NCBI GenBank assembly: GCA_051362555.1
Contig: CM120640.1
Coordinates: 56,832,788-56,896,787, forward strand
Direction of reading: 5' to 3'
Origin: Lingula anatina
Taxonomy: Eukaryota; Animalia; Brachiopoda
Length of the DNA stretch: 64,000 nt
Under the pieces are notes generated by a model. It worked only from the letters and a program-made list of their open reading frames with translations. It had not been told where the DNA came from and made no database searches. A program made the position numbers and the translations under genes. The number at the start of each line of letters is the position of its first letter. The first letter of the stretch is position 1. Below are positions 1 through 14,900 of the stretch, one piece after another.

Positions 1-156
1 CCATGTTACCTGCTGTTTATGATTAAAATTTGGTGTTGATTGACTGTGCTGTTTTAAGCATTATTTATTATTGCATCAAAATTGACAAAATAACCTATTT
101 TCTGCATCTTTATTTCTGCTTTTTGTCTGTACATTTGACAGCTTTGCTGCCTTGTT
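1..156 (+). mobile_element. 3' end of HINE family 2 (non-autonomous Helentron-like)
   Basis: Ends GTCTGTACATTTGACAGCTTTGCTGCCTTGTT, the reverse complement of the ends at 36208, 40952, 47973 and 57810. Confidence 0.7.
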
Positions 157-3100
157 TGATATTTAGGAAAAAACTTCCAGAAACCTATCTTGCCAGAATG
201 AACATGTACTTGTTACCACAGTACAGTATTTTTGCAACCATACAATGCTCATAGGGTGCACTAACCTGCTAAGTAGACACTGAATCATAGTTATGGTGAG
301 TGAAAAAGAGATTTGAAGGTCATTTATGTTGAAGGAGATGTTTTCCTTGGCATACAAAGCTGCTCATGCAAGGATTCATTTCTTCCACCGATTTTCTTTT
401 ATGTGACTGATGTTCAGGGACAAAAATATATTGCTTAATGATAGCTGACTTGAATTCTGGATAATTCTAATTTATTTGTCAATCACAACCAGTTCTCTAA
501 AATTTAAATTCTCTTTACATGGGTAGTTTGATTTAGAATTATATCTGTCTCATATTTGTATAGAATTTTTACGGTAATTTATTGCTTTGTGGTACTGGAA
601 TGGTGAAGACAAATTTATATATGTTAGCTTAAATTATATTTTATGTGAAGATTTTAGAATTATACAAAGTGCTTAGTTAAATATTTATTCTGCTCAGTGC
701 ATTACAGATTGATAGATGTACACTATAATGCATAAGACATAATAATAAGGCATTGTTCAGGTCATATACAAAAAAGAAAAATATATTAATAAATAAATGA
801 ATTCAACTGGGTTTTTGATTCAGATTTTATTTTATCTATTGCAGATTAAGTCGACATCAATACTAGAAAAGGTCCTTGATGGCCATTTCCTGACACTGAT
901 TACTTATATTAATTTAATTTAACAGTTGTCAAATGTAATTGTTGACTGGTATGACCGATACACACAATCAAAGTTCATCAGTCTAACATTTAGAGTAAAG
1001 GACCCAACTGATTGTTTTACCCCACTTCGGCCATGGAGGCAGTTATGACCTCATGCTGACTGTAAGAATTGGTAGATCAAAGATCTTAAAACATTTTCGT
1101 CATCCGATTTATTGTAGATCTAGTTGTAAAAATGTGATAACTGGAAAATAAAAATGATTTTATCTTTACGACCAAGGAATATATATATATATATATAACA
1201 TAGCAATGTGTTACTGTCGTATGTCAACCTTGCCTGTTTTTCTTTACATTTTGAAGTTTGCTCTCGCTTCTCTTCTCACTTAAGATTGTCATCTCTTTTA
1301 TTAAATCAAAAACAAAAAGAAAGTAAACATTAAATGAATCAAGTCATGTAAGATAGGAATTGCTTTTTACTATTTTAATAAAAGTGACTGTACATGAAAT
1401 GTGCATTTTATAACTTTGTATTCTAGCATAGAGAAAATTCTTATCAGTTATAAGGTGCATCAAGTATAGGCCAGTTTATACCAAATTTAGGCCCACATGC
1501 CCCATCCCCATTTTCAAGGGAGAAACCGATACCCTTTCTTTTATTACATTAAAAAAATCATTGCAAGGAAAAAAATCGAGTCTGTTACTTTGATCTGCTA
1601 ATTTGAAAATTACATGAAATCCTTTTAAACTAGTAGGATCCAACAAAGATTTTGGATCCCTTTATAACAAACTTCTATGCATAAAACCTGTCACAAGGGC
1701 ACCCACAGAATAAATTACATAGATAAAACGTGAACAATCATAACATTCAACTCAGAACTAGTTTTTTTGCATCCAATTTGTAACAGAAGTAAAGTTTAGT
1801 TTTAAATCAATTCTTTAAAGTTTTTCATGAAGTCAAGTTGATGCTGACTGCTCACCTCATGTCGAAAGCGCCATCTATTATGTATTCAGCTGGTATCGTT
1901 TATGATTACAGGAAGGAGAGAAGAACAGACTGACGGTAAGGAAGAGATTCTTGATTTTTTTTTAATTATAGAAACTTTATATTTCTATAGAAAAGCATGA
2001 TTATCGCGACACTGTATCCACCAGATGTTTTTACTTTCTCCATGGAGCTAATGACGATGTGACGCCTGATGGGGGCGTTGTGCCAAGTACATGTAGACTA
2101 CGTATATAACTTGTAAGACTGGACGACGTCCACTTTGTGCGTGTAAATTTAATGCACAGTACAAGGTAGTTGCAGTATTTACATTGTAGGTCTGCCATTT
2201 ACTAGACAAACAGCAACATATAAGTAGATCATATGTGCTGGAGTGTTTGATTTCCATCAGGTACCGTACGTTAATGCCATACTTTTAAGATATGGGAATT
2301 GAAGAGTATAATCATACACAAGACTCATACTGTACATGTACGGTAGGTTAATCGTGACAGTTTTCACGTTAGATTCACATTGAATGCGCCGCGTAATTTG
2401 ATGATTGTAGTAAAGTCATGGACGTGATAAATTATAATGAAACTACACCCTCACTTCCTGTACAAACTGAAAATAAAATAACACTTACTATCGACATGTT
2501 TTTTCAAATGTCAGAGGGCCCACTCTTCATTTACCATATTAATATGTACATTGCAATGTACCTGCATCGTTAAATTTGCATTTTTAAAATATTTTAAGTT
2601 CTTGTCAAAAATTTAGAAGGTTTGGTAGTTTTCTGTTGTAATGAAAATGAAAGCTAGGAACAGAGTGGTACATATGTACAAGGAAGGTCCAGTGCCAAGA
2701 GACCAATAATTTTGTATTATCTCTACCAACAGAATATTTAGATTTATAAGTTGCATGTATTTCAGTTTGTGTTTTAATTAACAGAGAGTTTTATATTGTC
2801 TCAAATCTATTGTTCAAATGAAAGGAAATAAAATAAGTTTCTAATCTGTTACAAAGAAAAATGCTACCCTAGCTATCCCTAGATTTTCATTTTGCAAACT
2901 GACTATGAAAGATCAAATGTTGTCAGAAAGTGAATATGAAAGAGAGTGAATATGAAAGTAATGCATGATTTTGTCTATCAATCTAAATAGTTAAAATGTT
3001 GTGCTTTATGCACCAGATGATAATGTTTAACTCGTCTTTTTTTTTTTTTTTTTTTTTTTGTAGCATTTTATGTTGAGCATTGAAAGGCTTTTTAATAACG

Positions 3101-3382
3101 GTTTAATATGTTTCAATTTATTTTCAGTTCACTTTTAATGTTGTCTGGCACTGATGACGTTGATATACATGTAGTCAAGGATTCATAAAATCAGAACAGT
3201 TAATATCCATTTGGTACTGTTATGAGATGTGGTGAGGTGATAAATTTAATTTGTAATTTATGATTTGGTATTATACACACAAAAACACTTTCGGTGATGG
3301 CATGTTTTGTTTGTTATTTTTTATAAGTAGCAATGCTATTTTCTCAGTTTATGATTTGGTTCAGATTTGTTTTGTTTTTCAG

Positions 3383-3430
3383 TTAACCATGGATGTCTCT
3401 CTAGGCAGACATGACAGTGCAGACAGGGAG
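3383..3430 (+). CDS. Candidate upstream OSBPL8 exon (LTMDVSLGRHDSADRE), possible start exon
   Basis: Pyrimidine tract + CAG acceptor, 48 nt open, phase 0 end matches the exon at 5906. The GTGGCT donor is weak. Confidence 0.35.
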
Positions 3431-5905
3431 GTGGCTGAACTAGTGGTACTTCATACACATATTTTGAGTGTCTTTTTCTGTTAGCATGGAATTCACATGG
3501 AAAACCTTAGGCATAACAAATCAAAATGCTGGTATTAATCATGTGGCTTATTGTGCATTCTTAAAAGCTTACTCAAAGCTTGTATCAGTTATTACCTTAT
3601 ATTACTCCATTTATATTTCATTAATTTTATTTATTGTTAAGAAAAAAAAATGCTTTCTTTTAAAAAAGACATAGCCTAGGTTGTATCAAAAATGTGAATT
3701 GCTATAATTGCTTGATACTGCTGAAAATGATTTTTTTGCCCTTATGATGTTCTTCATGTGATATCCAAAATTTGATTCTTTAAGCAATTTGCTCTCTGTA
3801 CTTAAACTTTTCAGACTAACTTCAGCCAGTGTGCAGGGTGAAGATTTGTGGTGTAATTAGAAATAACGTCTTTGAAATATGCTAGCTTTTCTTGGTGAAC
3901 TTTGGGTTATTTATTTTCATTTGTGTTGAACTTCTTTTCTTTGTTTGCATCACCACATGTAACATTAACACTCAGAGTTTTGAGAAGCCAAAATTAACTA
4001 GAAGCAAATGAATATTTTCCTTGAATTCTGACATAGTTTTTTGTGTGTGTGCTGTGCTATACACATGATTTACTAAACCCGAAACAAAAAAGCATTTATA
4101 ACTTACAACTAGACAAATACTCTCTCTGATCTACTATGTGTATCATGTATTCAGCTGCTATGTTAAGCAGAAAATCAGTTTTTTTAAGTGATTGTTAGTA
4201 TAATATGGTGTAACATAAGAAGCAATTCAGTGTAAAATATTTTGTTGTAGCTTTAAAACAAAGGTTTATAAAAGGTGAGATGTAGTAAAATTACATTGTT
4301 TCTGGGTTGTTGTTTAAGCCTGTTTATTTTTGATGTATAACAGTAAAAACATATTTCTCTCTATATTTATATAGGGAAGTCAATTTCTGCGGCTGCCCCA
4401 ACAGCCACTATCATGATAGTCAGAATTTATAATGCATTAAAAACCTTATTGATTTTAGCTGACTTTGTATTAGACCCATAGTAATAGTATTCCTGTATAT
4501 TGATCCATGTTCACAGTTTTTGTCTAGCAGTTATAACTGCAGTCATATATCTAGGCATTGAAAATGGAGGGACAGGTAATGATACTGTAATAAGCTGATA
4601 TCATTTCGATATTTGAGTCCCAATGAGATTGTTCCTATAGATTTTTTTTATCACAAAGATATATCATTAGCTGGCTTTGGAGAGAGGGACCACTGTAGAA
4701 GCTGCAGCATCATTCATGTACAGAAAATACTGAGAATGAGAATAAGAAAGTAGGGAAATGTCTCATTTTAGCAGTGCCTATTATATCCACTTGATTTAAT
4801 GTCAAAGAAATTATGCATTTACTGTTAATCTTAGTGACCTTAAGGATAAATATATATGTTTAGAACCACAGAGTCCCAGTTTTAATATATATGAATTTAT
4901 TTAACTAGGAAGCTGCTACTGTGAAGTACTAGTATTTGAGACACGTTAATGTTTTAATATGACAAAGAGTTATCTTTACTTGTATGCACAAAAGATGTCT
5001 GTTTATAATATGCTATTTTGAAAAAAATACTTCTTTCTAAACTACCAATGACATTGGAAAAGGAATAATAAAACTACAGTTTAGTAGTAGTTTATGAAAT
5101 TATCAGTAGCAAAAAAAGCTGCTTGTATCAAGAGTGCATATTTCTACATACTTTGAATCAAATAACATTTATACATGTACTTATGTTAATTTGCATTAAA
5201 ACTTTTATCAAGACTTTTGAACAGTAAATCCATTTTCTGTACTTATATAGAGTAATCAGCAAGCTTTCTATTTCCCCTGTGTACATGGTAAACAAGATTT
5301 GGTCTTCTACCAACTAGATTAAATGATCTGATTATAGATCATTGCTCAGAAGAGTCTCTGCTTTGGGGCCCAACCAGAAGGTCACATTCTGGAATATTTT
5401 CCCAGTAATTTGATGATTGCATTAAGATGTAAAGCAACAAAAGGTGCAGGAGCTGAACATACTATTTCTATATTTGCTATAGTAAAGAAACATACATCTC
5501 TCTCTATTATCAAGTGTCATTTTCTCATTGTGACACTGCTAACCTTAATCTTCAATATTCTATCATGAAAGGTGTTTATATGGAGTGTGTATGGTAGATC
5601 ATATCATGGTGTAATAATTGGCATTTAACAAGTTGTTAAATATCATATTGCAGTCAGTTTGTATGTATATTGTAACCTGTAAACTTGCTGCATTGGTTGG
5701 TTTCACCATGGTCAGGTGATGTGTGTATTAAGATGCTGAAATATGAGTCTTCCTCTTGAATGGAACATTTAGACCTGGGCACACCTATGCAGCGTGAAAT
5801 TTTCAGTATGACCCTAGGTTTTGTTCAAGGTGTGTCTTCGTTGCACAATGTATGAATACATTGTAGTTTGTTATAATTACATTCTTTTCATGCCTATCAT
5901 TTCAG

Positions 5906-5945
5906 GAAGCCACCTTAGCTAAGGCGGTAATACAAGAATTTGATG
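5906..5945 (+). CDS. OSBPL8: OSBPL8-like N-terminal exon ([13 protein letters not shown])
   Basis: ttcag acceptor, GTAAGT donor, phase 1 end joins 7988 in frame. Confidence 0.6.
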
Positions 5946-8900
5946 GTAAGTTAACACAGATATCATACAGCATATCACAGGCTAATAGTTTATGTACTAA
6001 TGTGGATAAGTAACTAAAGTAAACTGCCCCATACCGTATGGTTGGAAGAAGAGGGATTGATTTTATACATTTTTGGAGTGAGATACAAACCCTCCTGGGC
6101 TTTCAACTCTGGTTTATCTAGAGTCACCGTTAATTTTCATGTATCTTCAAGCTATGTATTTTGATTTCCAATCGCAATCATATATAGTGTATCTATGCAG
6201 TTTTGCTGTGGAAAAGTCGGTGGTCTTGCTGAATTTTTATTTTTTATTATTTTATTTTTATTTTTTTAGATAGAATGGAAAGTATTGAATATTTGAATTT
6301 AAATGAAGTTGACTATTAGAAATGTCTTTATTTAAGACATTTATTTTAGGTAAATAAAGCACCATTGGGCATAGAGATTATTTTGACTACCGACATGTAC
6401 CCTTCAGCTAAAAAAATATCAACACAATTGGTGGTATAGATCAGACTATGTGAAACCTTACTATGTAAACATTGACTCATTGTCTACAAATTGATATATT
6501 TTATATAATGTGACAAGGATCCTGTGGTAACCTTTTGGATGGATATATACTCCAGTATCAGTCATAAAATCAGCCAAGTTAGGAATTAAGCCACATTTAG
6601 TAGCTGTCACTTCGTCCAAAGCTATTTTCCTCTTTATCTGGATGATAGATTACAGACTGATAAAAGGCCACATGGACTAATAAGCCAGGCTTATGGTCGC
6701 CCAAGTATTTCTCTGGATGGTTACTAAATAGTTGTTATACTTTCTGTGTGTAAATTTGTACTGGGCAATGTGTATTTGTACAGTACCAGGTCTGGGGTTT
6801 CTCTGCTAAAAAAGACTTCCCTGTGTTGTCTCTGAGGAAACATGCTTCAAGGCAATTAACATAGCATACAACTGACTGTGACTTAAATAAGTAGTGGTCT
6901 GATTTGATACTGGTTGGGACAATAACTAAATTAAGGTAGGGGTATTTTTTTTTCAAAATATGTAAGTTGTTAAGTTGGTTAATGAAGAAATTGTTCTGAA
7001 CTACATGTAGCTAGTTTGATTTTAACATTTAAAAGGCCTTTTGACTTTACCATGAGCAAGTTATCAAATATGATCAGTATAGGTGTTGTCACTGAACAGG
7101 GCATACCTGTAAATTTTAGTTAGTGAATAGTATTATCTGACAGTGTGAGATCCAGGTGTGTGAATAATTTGTTTGTATTTCTTTAATTGATTATCTTGAT
7201 CTATGTTGTCAGTGAATATGGCATGCTATTTATCACAGCAATGTACTAGTATAGATATAAATATTGAGGTTCCATTGGTCTGGTTTCACTTCCTACTCTC
7301 TCTTATTCAAGTTCCTCCAGGTGATACAATTTATGAGGGGATGGGGTTGAATGGAGAAGCTAGGAAATGGGTAACAGATATATTACAATGATCTACTAAC
7401 ATTTTATGTGTATACCCAAAAGCAGCAGACTTGATGGATATGGCTACATCAAATAAAAAAGCATACTGATTAACGGATTTAATTATCTGAGTGTTTTGCC
7501 TTTTAGGGTATAGGAGTGGCATTCTGTGGTATTCATTTTGCATTATGGAAAGAATTTTGACTCTTTAAACCTTATTTTTACAAAAACTAAGAAAATGTAC
7601 ATACATGGTTCAAATTTGGCAGTAATATTGATAGTGAAAGCCTTAAATTTTGCTGAGCAGAATGCTTGGTTTGTACAATCAGCCAACAGGCAGAATGTTT
7701 TTACACAAGTAATATTAATGTAATATAGATGTAGGATCTGGGTGAGGGTTTGTAGTAGAACAGTTTCATTAGCTATGTTATTGTTATAGACTTGTGAAGA
7801 TTCTTTTGTCTATAGCTACTTATATTTGTCTGATCTTACCACCCAATAAGATCAGAGACGAAATATTGGCTGGTAAGATCAGACAAATATAAGTAGCTAT
7901 AGACAAAAGAATCTTCACAAGTCTGGGTAAGGGTTGTTTTGACGAGATGTGATAAATTCACAATACAACAAATATATATCTTTTCAGATGACTATGACTA
8001 TGAAGATCCTTTCTTTGAGGAAGGAATAGATGAAAGCTACAGCATGTCCCGTTCCTTAGTGGATACCACCAGCAGTACAAATTCTTCCAGTTCTCCAGGA
8101 CAGCTTTCTTCTTCTGTTACCATGAGGGACAGCAGTGGCCATAGACTTAGTCCTGTCTTATCAGGTGGGTACACAATCCCTCCATTAACTGCTTACTTTG
8201 CTTTTTCACTAAGAAATTGAGAAGATATATGTAAATTGTTAGAGTTAAAATGTAATCAACCAATGAACATATAGAAATAAATGTATAAGTATCAGAAATC
8301 GTTTAATCATCTTCTTTTATGAGCTAAGAACTAAATCAACTGAACATAAAGGAATCTATGAATCTGCTTTAATAGAGGAATTCAAATTTGATACTGCTCA
8401 GGGATAAAACTTTTTCAAAACCATTTACTCTCCTTAAAAAGTCAAACGTCTACTATTGCTTGCCAAGAGTTAGAAAGAAAATTAAGTGAATGGGTGGGGT
8501 CTCCCATAATGGGTTTTGTTGTTTTCTCCATTGTGTTTTAATTTCATGATACCATCGAGATCTCTCCCAATTATTTTGCTAATATGAATAATTTAAACTA
8601 CTTTTTTGAAAATTTTCAATGATATAGGAGTTCACGTCATGTGTGTGAGATAATTTTAATTCTGAAAAGAATCTACACTAGCTTAGATTTCAGCACAGGT
8701 ATAATAGCTGGAGTTTTCCAAAGTAAGGGTACTTTTGTAAAGACAAATGGTGTACCGGAATGTCTGCAAAGTCTTGTGCTTGTCAGTACAAGATTTGAGA
8801 AGCCGAGGTGAAATTCTATCTGGCTCAGTCACTATGAATGTGACCAATGAAGTGATGTTTCACTCACAAAAATACATTACTGGTACTTGCCACATACTTA

Positions 8901-11900
8901 AATGTGACAAAAAATAAACCCATTTCTCAGATATATAATGTTTGCAACCCCATTATGTATCAACTAACATACTGATCCAATATGTTTTTACCAGAAGGAT
9001 AGTCACAAGTTGTTTGTGATATTAGAATATTGTGTGAAATCAAAGGGCCAGATGAAAAAAGTTAAACAAGAGTATATAGTTGGCAATATTAACATGAACA
9101 CCAACTTTGAACAATGAACATTTCTGTTTTTCTTTAAACTTGTCACATTGAATAAAAGCCAAACTCTGCTGTGGGTAGTGCACTGAACTCAATGCTAATT
9201 TTTACCGGCTGCACATATAATAATAGGTGGCTGTGGATAACAGATTATTGGAATGTAATAGCTTGATGATCATTGCTAAATGGAGTAACGCTAAATGCAA
9301 CCTTTTTCAGGGTCAGCTTGATTAAGTTAGTGGCAAGTTATTGACACACAACCATATACTATATTGGAAATGTGCCACTTCTAGTTCATATTAGTGCCTG
9401 TTTGCATTCTTTGCTTTAAAGTACAACTATAACTATCACAGGAGCAAAACATGAATTAGTGTAAATGGAAAGATGGTTGAAGTGCATTGGGTCATACACA
9501 CTAAGAAAGGAAGGTACATGTATGCCATTAATGATTAGATGATAATATAATATCATATTATATTATACACATTTGATGAGTGTTTGCTTTTTTCCCCCAA
9601 CAGATTCTAAGGAGCCTTACAGAGAGGGCAAAAGTTTTTCATTTTCTGGATCAGTAGGTGTTGCCAGCTCTGGGGAGTCACCTTCTCAGTCCCCTACTAT
9701 AGGTAAGTTGTAGAGTATATTTCTGCCTCAGGCTATTAATGGGAGACATACAAAAATCACCTTCAGGTAAGTTAATGTGGTGTGAATACAATTTGCCTTA
9801 ATGCTGTAAGTTTGTTACATATGTCAGACTTTCCTGCACATTTTACCATTTCAGGTAAGTGAAAAATCAAAACATTTAGTTAAAACTTTTGTCAGATATG
9901 TGTAGGTATAACATGGAGGATTGCGCTTAAAAAAGCCCTTTTTCTGTCCATGTCCACAGATACATGCATATGTATTAGACAAATGTTTGAGTAAATTGTC
10001 TTTAATTCTTCATTATGACATCTGTAATCCATGTCTCTGATCAACTACAGAAAGTGTTCGTGCCTCGGTTCACTTCTCTTCCTATTATAGTTTCTTTGTA
10101 TACCTTTGTATTTAACTTTGTATTTGTATTCCCCATCAAAACCCAATTTTAATTTGCTTTCAATAAAACATGCCAGTTGCCTATTCAAAATTTTCAAAAC
10201 ATTTAGATGTACAGTGTATGTCATAAATGAAATATACTTTTTAGGGCTAGTGCCACTGTTTGCCGCTAGGTGGCAGCATGTCCAGACTCTACCATGTGTC
10301 AATGTGCAAGGTGGTTCTGTTGAATTATTGAGTTAGATAATGGAAATGCTAACATTTTGAGTTGACATAACACAGCAGATGAGAATTATACTATATTCCA
10401 TAACAGCAATGAGGCATCTGTTTCTTAATATTATGTGTTACTGACCGGAGAAAAATGGTGGTTTGATCTGATCTGATCTGATCTGGTAGGGCCACCAAAA
10501 TTATCAATAGTACATAATATGTCAAGACAGGTGCACCAACATGTTTAATTTTTATTTATTTATTTATTTATTTATTATTATTATTTTTTTTGAGATCACA
10601 CGCACACACATATATGCTAAAAGAGAGAGAGAAAGAGAGAGAGCAGTATAAAGAGTAATGCGATTATCTCATGTAAGTGCACTTAGATATGTCTATGAAT
10701 AAACTAAGTGATACTCCACACTAATGGCTTTTATCACAATTTTTCTGTATGCAGCACTCGCTGTATATATAATCTTAAAGGATATTACAAAAAGGCAAGT
10801 GCCTTGTATGAAGCATTTTTAAGTAATAGTCTTGGCATTGTGGGACCTGAAACAGACATATTTGGCTCATCATCATAATGCTTGTTAGTTGTGGAAAATA
10901 CAACCAACAGATTTGGCTAATAATAATAATAATACACATAGTTCATTTTTAGAATTGCACACTTTGGCAGGTTGTGAACGGAATAATCTCCCTTGCAGAG
11001 TTAATCGACATGAGCTTGAATATTTTATTTCTTGCCAGAGATTTCTGTCTTTTATGTTGCATTTAATGCTAAAAATAGTATTTACTAGAAGTTGTTAAAC
11101 AGTCTGTATCTCTCACTGCATGCAATGACGGCAGTTTGTCTGGACAAGTTTACTTAAAGAACTGGAGGGAGAGGAAGTACACTTTTGCCAGATGATTCAG
11201 CTTACCGTTTCATTTTCTCATTCTGTATGCGGGGAGTGATGATTGCACAGACATGTAGACATTTGGAGTTGGAGACTATTTGGACAGTCTGCTGGTATTT
11301 AAACTGCAATTTGGAAGCTTCGGCAAATAGACAGCATAAGCTGATGTATCATCTTTGAGGCAGAGATTGAGATAGAGAGGTAGGTTGAACAATTAGTCTG
11401 AAAGTCAGGAAAATTAGCATTACAGGTAATCAGTCTACTTTGCAGTAGGGTTAGATGCCTTGACACTGGAAGCTTTGTTTTTGTTGTTAAAACTTACCAC
11501 ATAGAAGTTTTACTCTACTGATGTTAATGTTTTTCTTGGAAGTTTAGTAGTTTGTTGATGGAAGTCTGCAGAAAGTGGTGATGTTGAGAATTATTAACAT
11601 TTATTTGTATTGCTGTCCGATGGGGGGATATCTGCATCTCAGGAAAATGTATTTAAAAAAAACAACAAACAAATAACTTAATGAATAGAAATAAAAAGAC
11701 AATTTATCACCTTGCACTAACAGGAAACAATGTAGACTAGTTTTCACCTGAAAAAAAATTACACCAGACATGTGAGATGCCACTATCAGTGACAGTTCTC
11801 TCCTGTATGCTGTGCAAAGGACATCACTTGGCTAGCCTGACCTCACCACATGACAGCTGTGATGTCAACCTGGTCATCTTCCCCTCCCACTAGTGACAGG

Positions 11901-14900
11901 CCCAACATGTCAATAAGGACAGTGGAATAGGGGCCTTCAAAGTTTTCTCTTTTTTCTTGGGACTTTTTAAGCAAGTATGGAGTTTTTATATTTAGATGTA
12001 TTATTATTCCTACTATGGTAGATTGCAAGGTTTGGGTTAACCTTTTAGCAGAGAATAATTAAGACATTACCAGTTTTATACCTGCTATATCAACAGGCAG
12101 CTTTAAATGGTTGATATGCAAAAAGTTAATTTATCAAATGTAATTTTACAGAAATCTATATATAGGCTTATTAACCAAAACATCATAGATAAAATCAGTA
12201 TGGTAACAAATAATCAATGCATTTTTGAAATTGTTTCAATAGTTTTATACTTGGTGTATATTCCCACCTTCCATGCCCTCTTATCTTTTGTCACCCTTCC
12301 TCAGTATAAAGAAAAATCCTCACAGTACAGATATTGAATATTTAATTTTTTATCACAGAAAATCTAGAACAAACTCATTTACATGTATCCTGATTTAAAT
12401 CCCTTGGTCCTAGGAGTAGGACCTTACTAGCAGAATGCATGGTTTTAAAGTGGAAATTAAGCCAGAAGAAGTTTTATGTAAAATTGAAGCATACTTTGAT
12501 CAAAGGTGGTATTTAGACACAGAAGTCCAGTGGTCATTGTTAACATCAGACTTTAAAAAAAATTTCACCACATTTCAAAAAAAAAAAAAAAAAAAAATAC
12601 AATTAATTAAGCCACACATTAAATCCAACATCAAATTGTAGAAGAGGTTGATGAAATAGCAGTAAGTTTTCAATATTGGCCTTCCTCGGATCAATGTCAG
12701 TTGAAATATAGCCAATCATTGTTGAACCAATTTCCTGGAGTGTCTGTGGTTCAATATAAAGTATCTATTCTGAGATGTCTCAGTTCCCATGTAGCTCTGA
12801 TTTAATTGGTGTTCCTTTTCTGTATACTGTAATTATTTTGCTGGTAGGAAAATCGGTAGTCCTAATAATCATGTAAATGAGAAAGTAACACATCAAAGAA
12901 GATATGTAATGTATAAAAAAGCTGTTTACTTGTCTGTCATTTCTTGAAACATTTCATTTTATCTGTGGAAGAGAATATGACAACTGTTTGGATTGGAGCA
13001 ACATGTTGGTGTGTATGCTGGCAGTACTCATGCTTTTAACGCTGGCCCGTCTCGTACAGCTCCGCTGGCTCGGCAGTCGGGCGCTAGAATCAAGTCACCA
13101 CTACCGCTTCTCCTCCTAGACAGCATGGACCTGTGTCCCCATCTCTTGGATTTAGGTCACATATAATCTCATCTTGATCCCCTTGGTTTTTTTTTTTTTT
13201 TTCTCAGTCGGTGCATTTGTCTGGGCGAAACGCTCTTGGAAATGCATCCTTGTCAAAATTTTTGAAAATTCAATGCTAAATATCTCCCAAACCAAAGGAA
13301 TTATGGGAAAAAATTACTACAGAAGTCTGACCGAAATTCACATGTGAAGATTCCAAATATGCCCTTGGATTTGACCTTTGATCTTTTTTTCTAGGTCAAA
13401 TAGGCCAAAATTTTCTAAAAATAGGAATTTTTTACAAAAAAAAAATTGTTTTTGCCAATTTTCAGAAACTACACAACCCTAAGCTCTCATATTATAGTGA
13501 GGGACTCCTTTCACCTTTCGAACCTCCCAAATTTCCTGTCTGTGGACCTCAGTTCACTCTAGGACTGATGTTTCTGTCATATGTGTGATCATAATTGTGC
13601 TGCAGCAATATTAATGCCCTGTTGCAGGAATTTGGCATGTCTATAGTTCATGTTACAAATTAGTTAGAAAGAGGAAATCAAGGCTTGTCCTTGTGTTTTG
13701 TTATCAGTTCTTTGCAGAGTCATTAGTGCTAGATTTGTTTTGAAAAACTTCATATGGATAATGGAAGACTTCTTCATGTACTACATCTGTACCACAAGGT
13801 TCATTTTACAGATGTTGTGGTGATAGCATTGAATATAACAATTGGTAAGATGATAGGAAACTGCCAGTCAAATGTATGTGATTTATCACTGCTCAGGTCA
13901 GTTTATCAGTAAATTATAATTTAGTTGTACATAATCTATTTATCTCTTGGTCTACCCAGCCTGTTGTGGAATGATTTGGTATCAGATTTAGCTTCAGCAA
14001 TAGAAAATGAAAATTTAACTCAAGATTGATTCCCACAATATTCAGAAATTAAAAGTGATTTTGAATGCCAGAATATGTGCTGCTGCCGGGACGACATGGG
14101 TGAATCAGCAGCTGTTCAGTGAGGGCTGACATCAGGTGACTGCTTGGTTTAGGAGATTAGTGTTCACAAGGATAGGAAGTGATAAGGCAGACCAGCTAGC
14201 TCAATAATTCAGATGGTAGTTAGGGATAAACCAATATATTTTGATGTAGGACATTGCTATGTAGGACATGCCATGCCCTAAATATATATATCTGCTGCAT
14301 AGAGATGTCTCTTAACTCACTTTTGTTTCAAGGTTTACAGGGTTGTGTATCAAGATTCAAGTATGTTATTTTATATCAAAAAGAAAATAGAAACTTAGTT
14401 ATTTAGATGAGTAGATTTCTCTTATCATTTCAATGATGCATTCAGTCAGTTTTCTAAGTTACAAATGTCTGCCATAGATAAAGTGTCTAATTGGATCAAG
14501 CATGAAAATAAGTGTAATTGAGCATGTAAGAGGGATATCATGATGAAACAAATTTAGCTTCTTGTGCATTTAAAGATATTTTAATGAGGTTAGATTCTCA
14601 CTATATTGCCTTAGCCATTCGGCTTACAGTGTTGGATTATTCCTATCAGGCTATGTGTGAGAAACCTCTAGTTTAAGTTATAGATGCTCTCTGTTTGCTG
14701 TAAATTTTCTTTAAAGGTGGGTTTAGCAAAGTGATATTTATGGTTCTTTATATGGCAGTTAGCAGATACATGTTCTAGCTGTTGTATTGAAAAGGAGAGT
14801 CAAAAGTGATGTGAAACATGCACCTGAGACGTCAGGTTGAACTGCCTTTCAGTTCATATCAGTTAATTGTTCATCTGGGAAAACTAACCAAAGTCCATAT

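Noticed and set aside
2040-2430. CpG-richer patch as a promoter or RNA gene
   Set aside because: No tRNA or snRNA fold, clear TIRs or decisive motifs could be identified.
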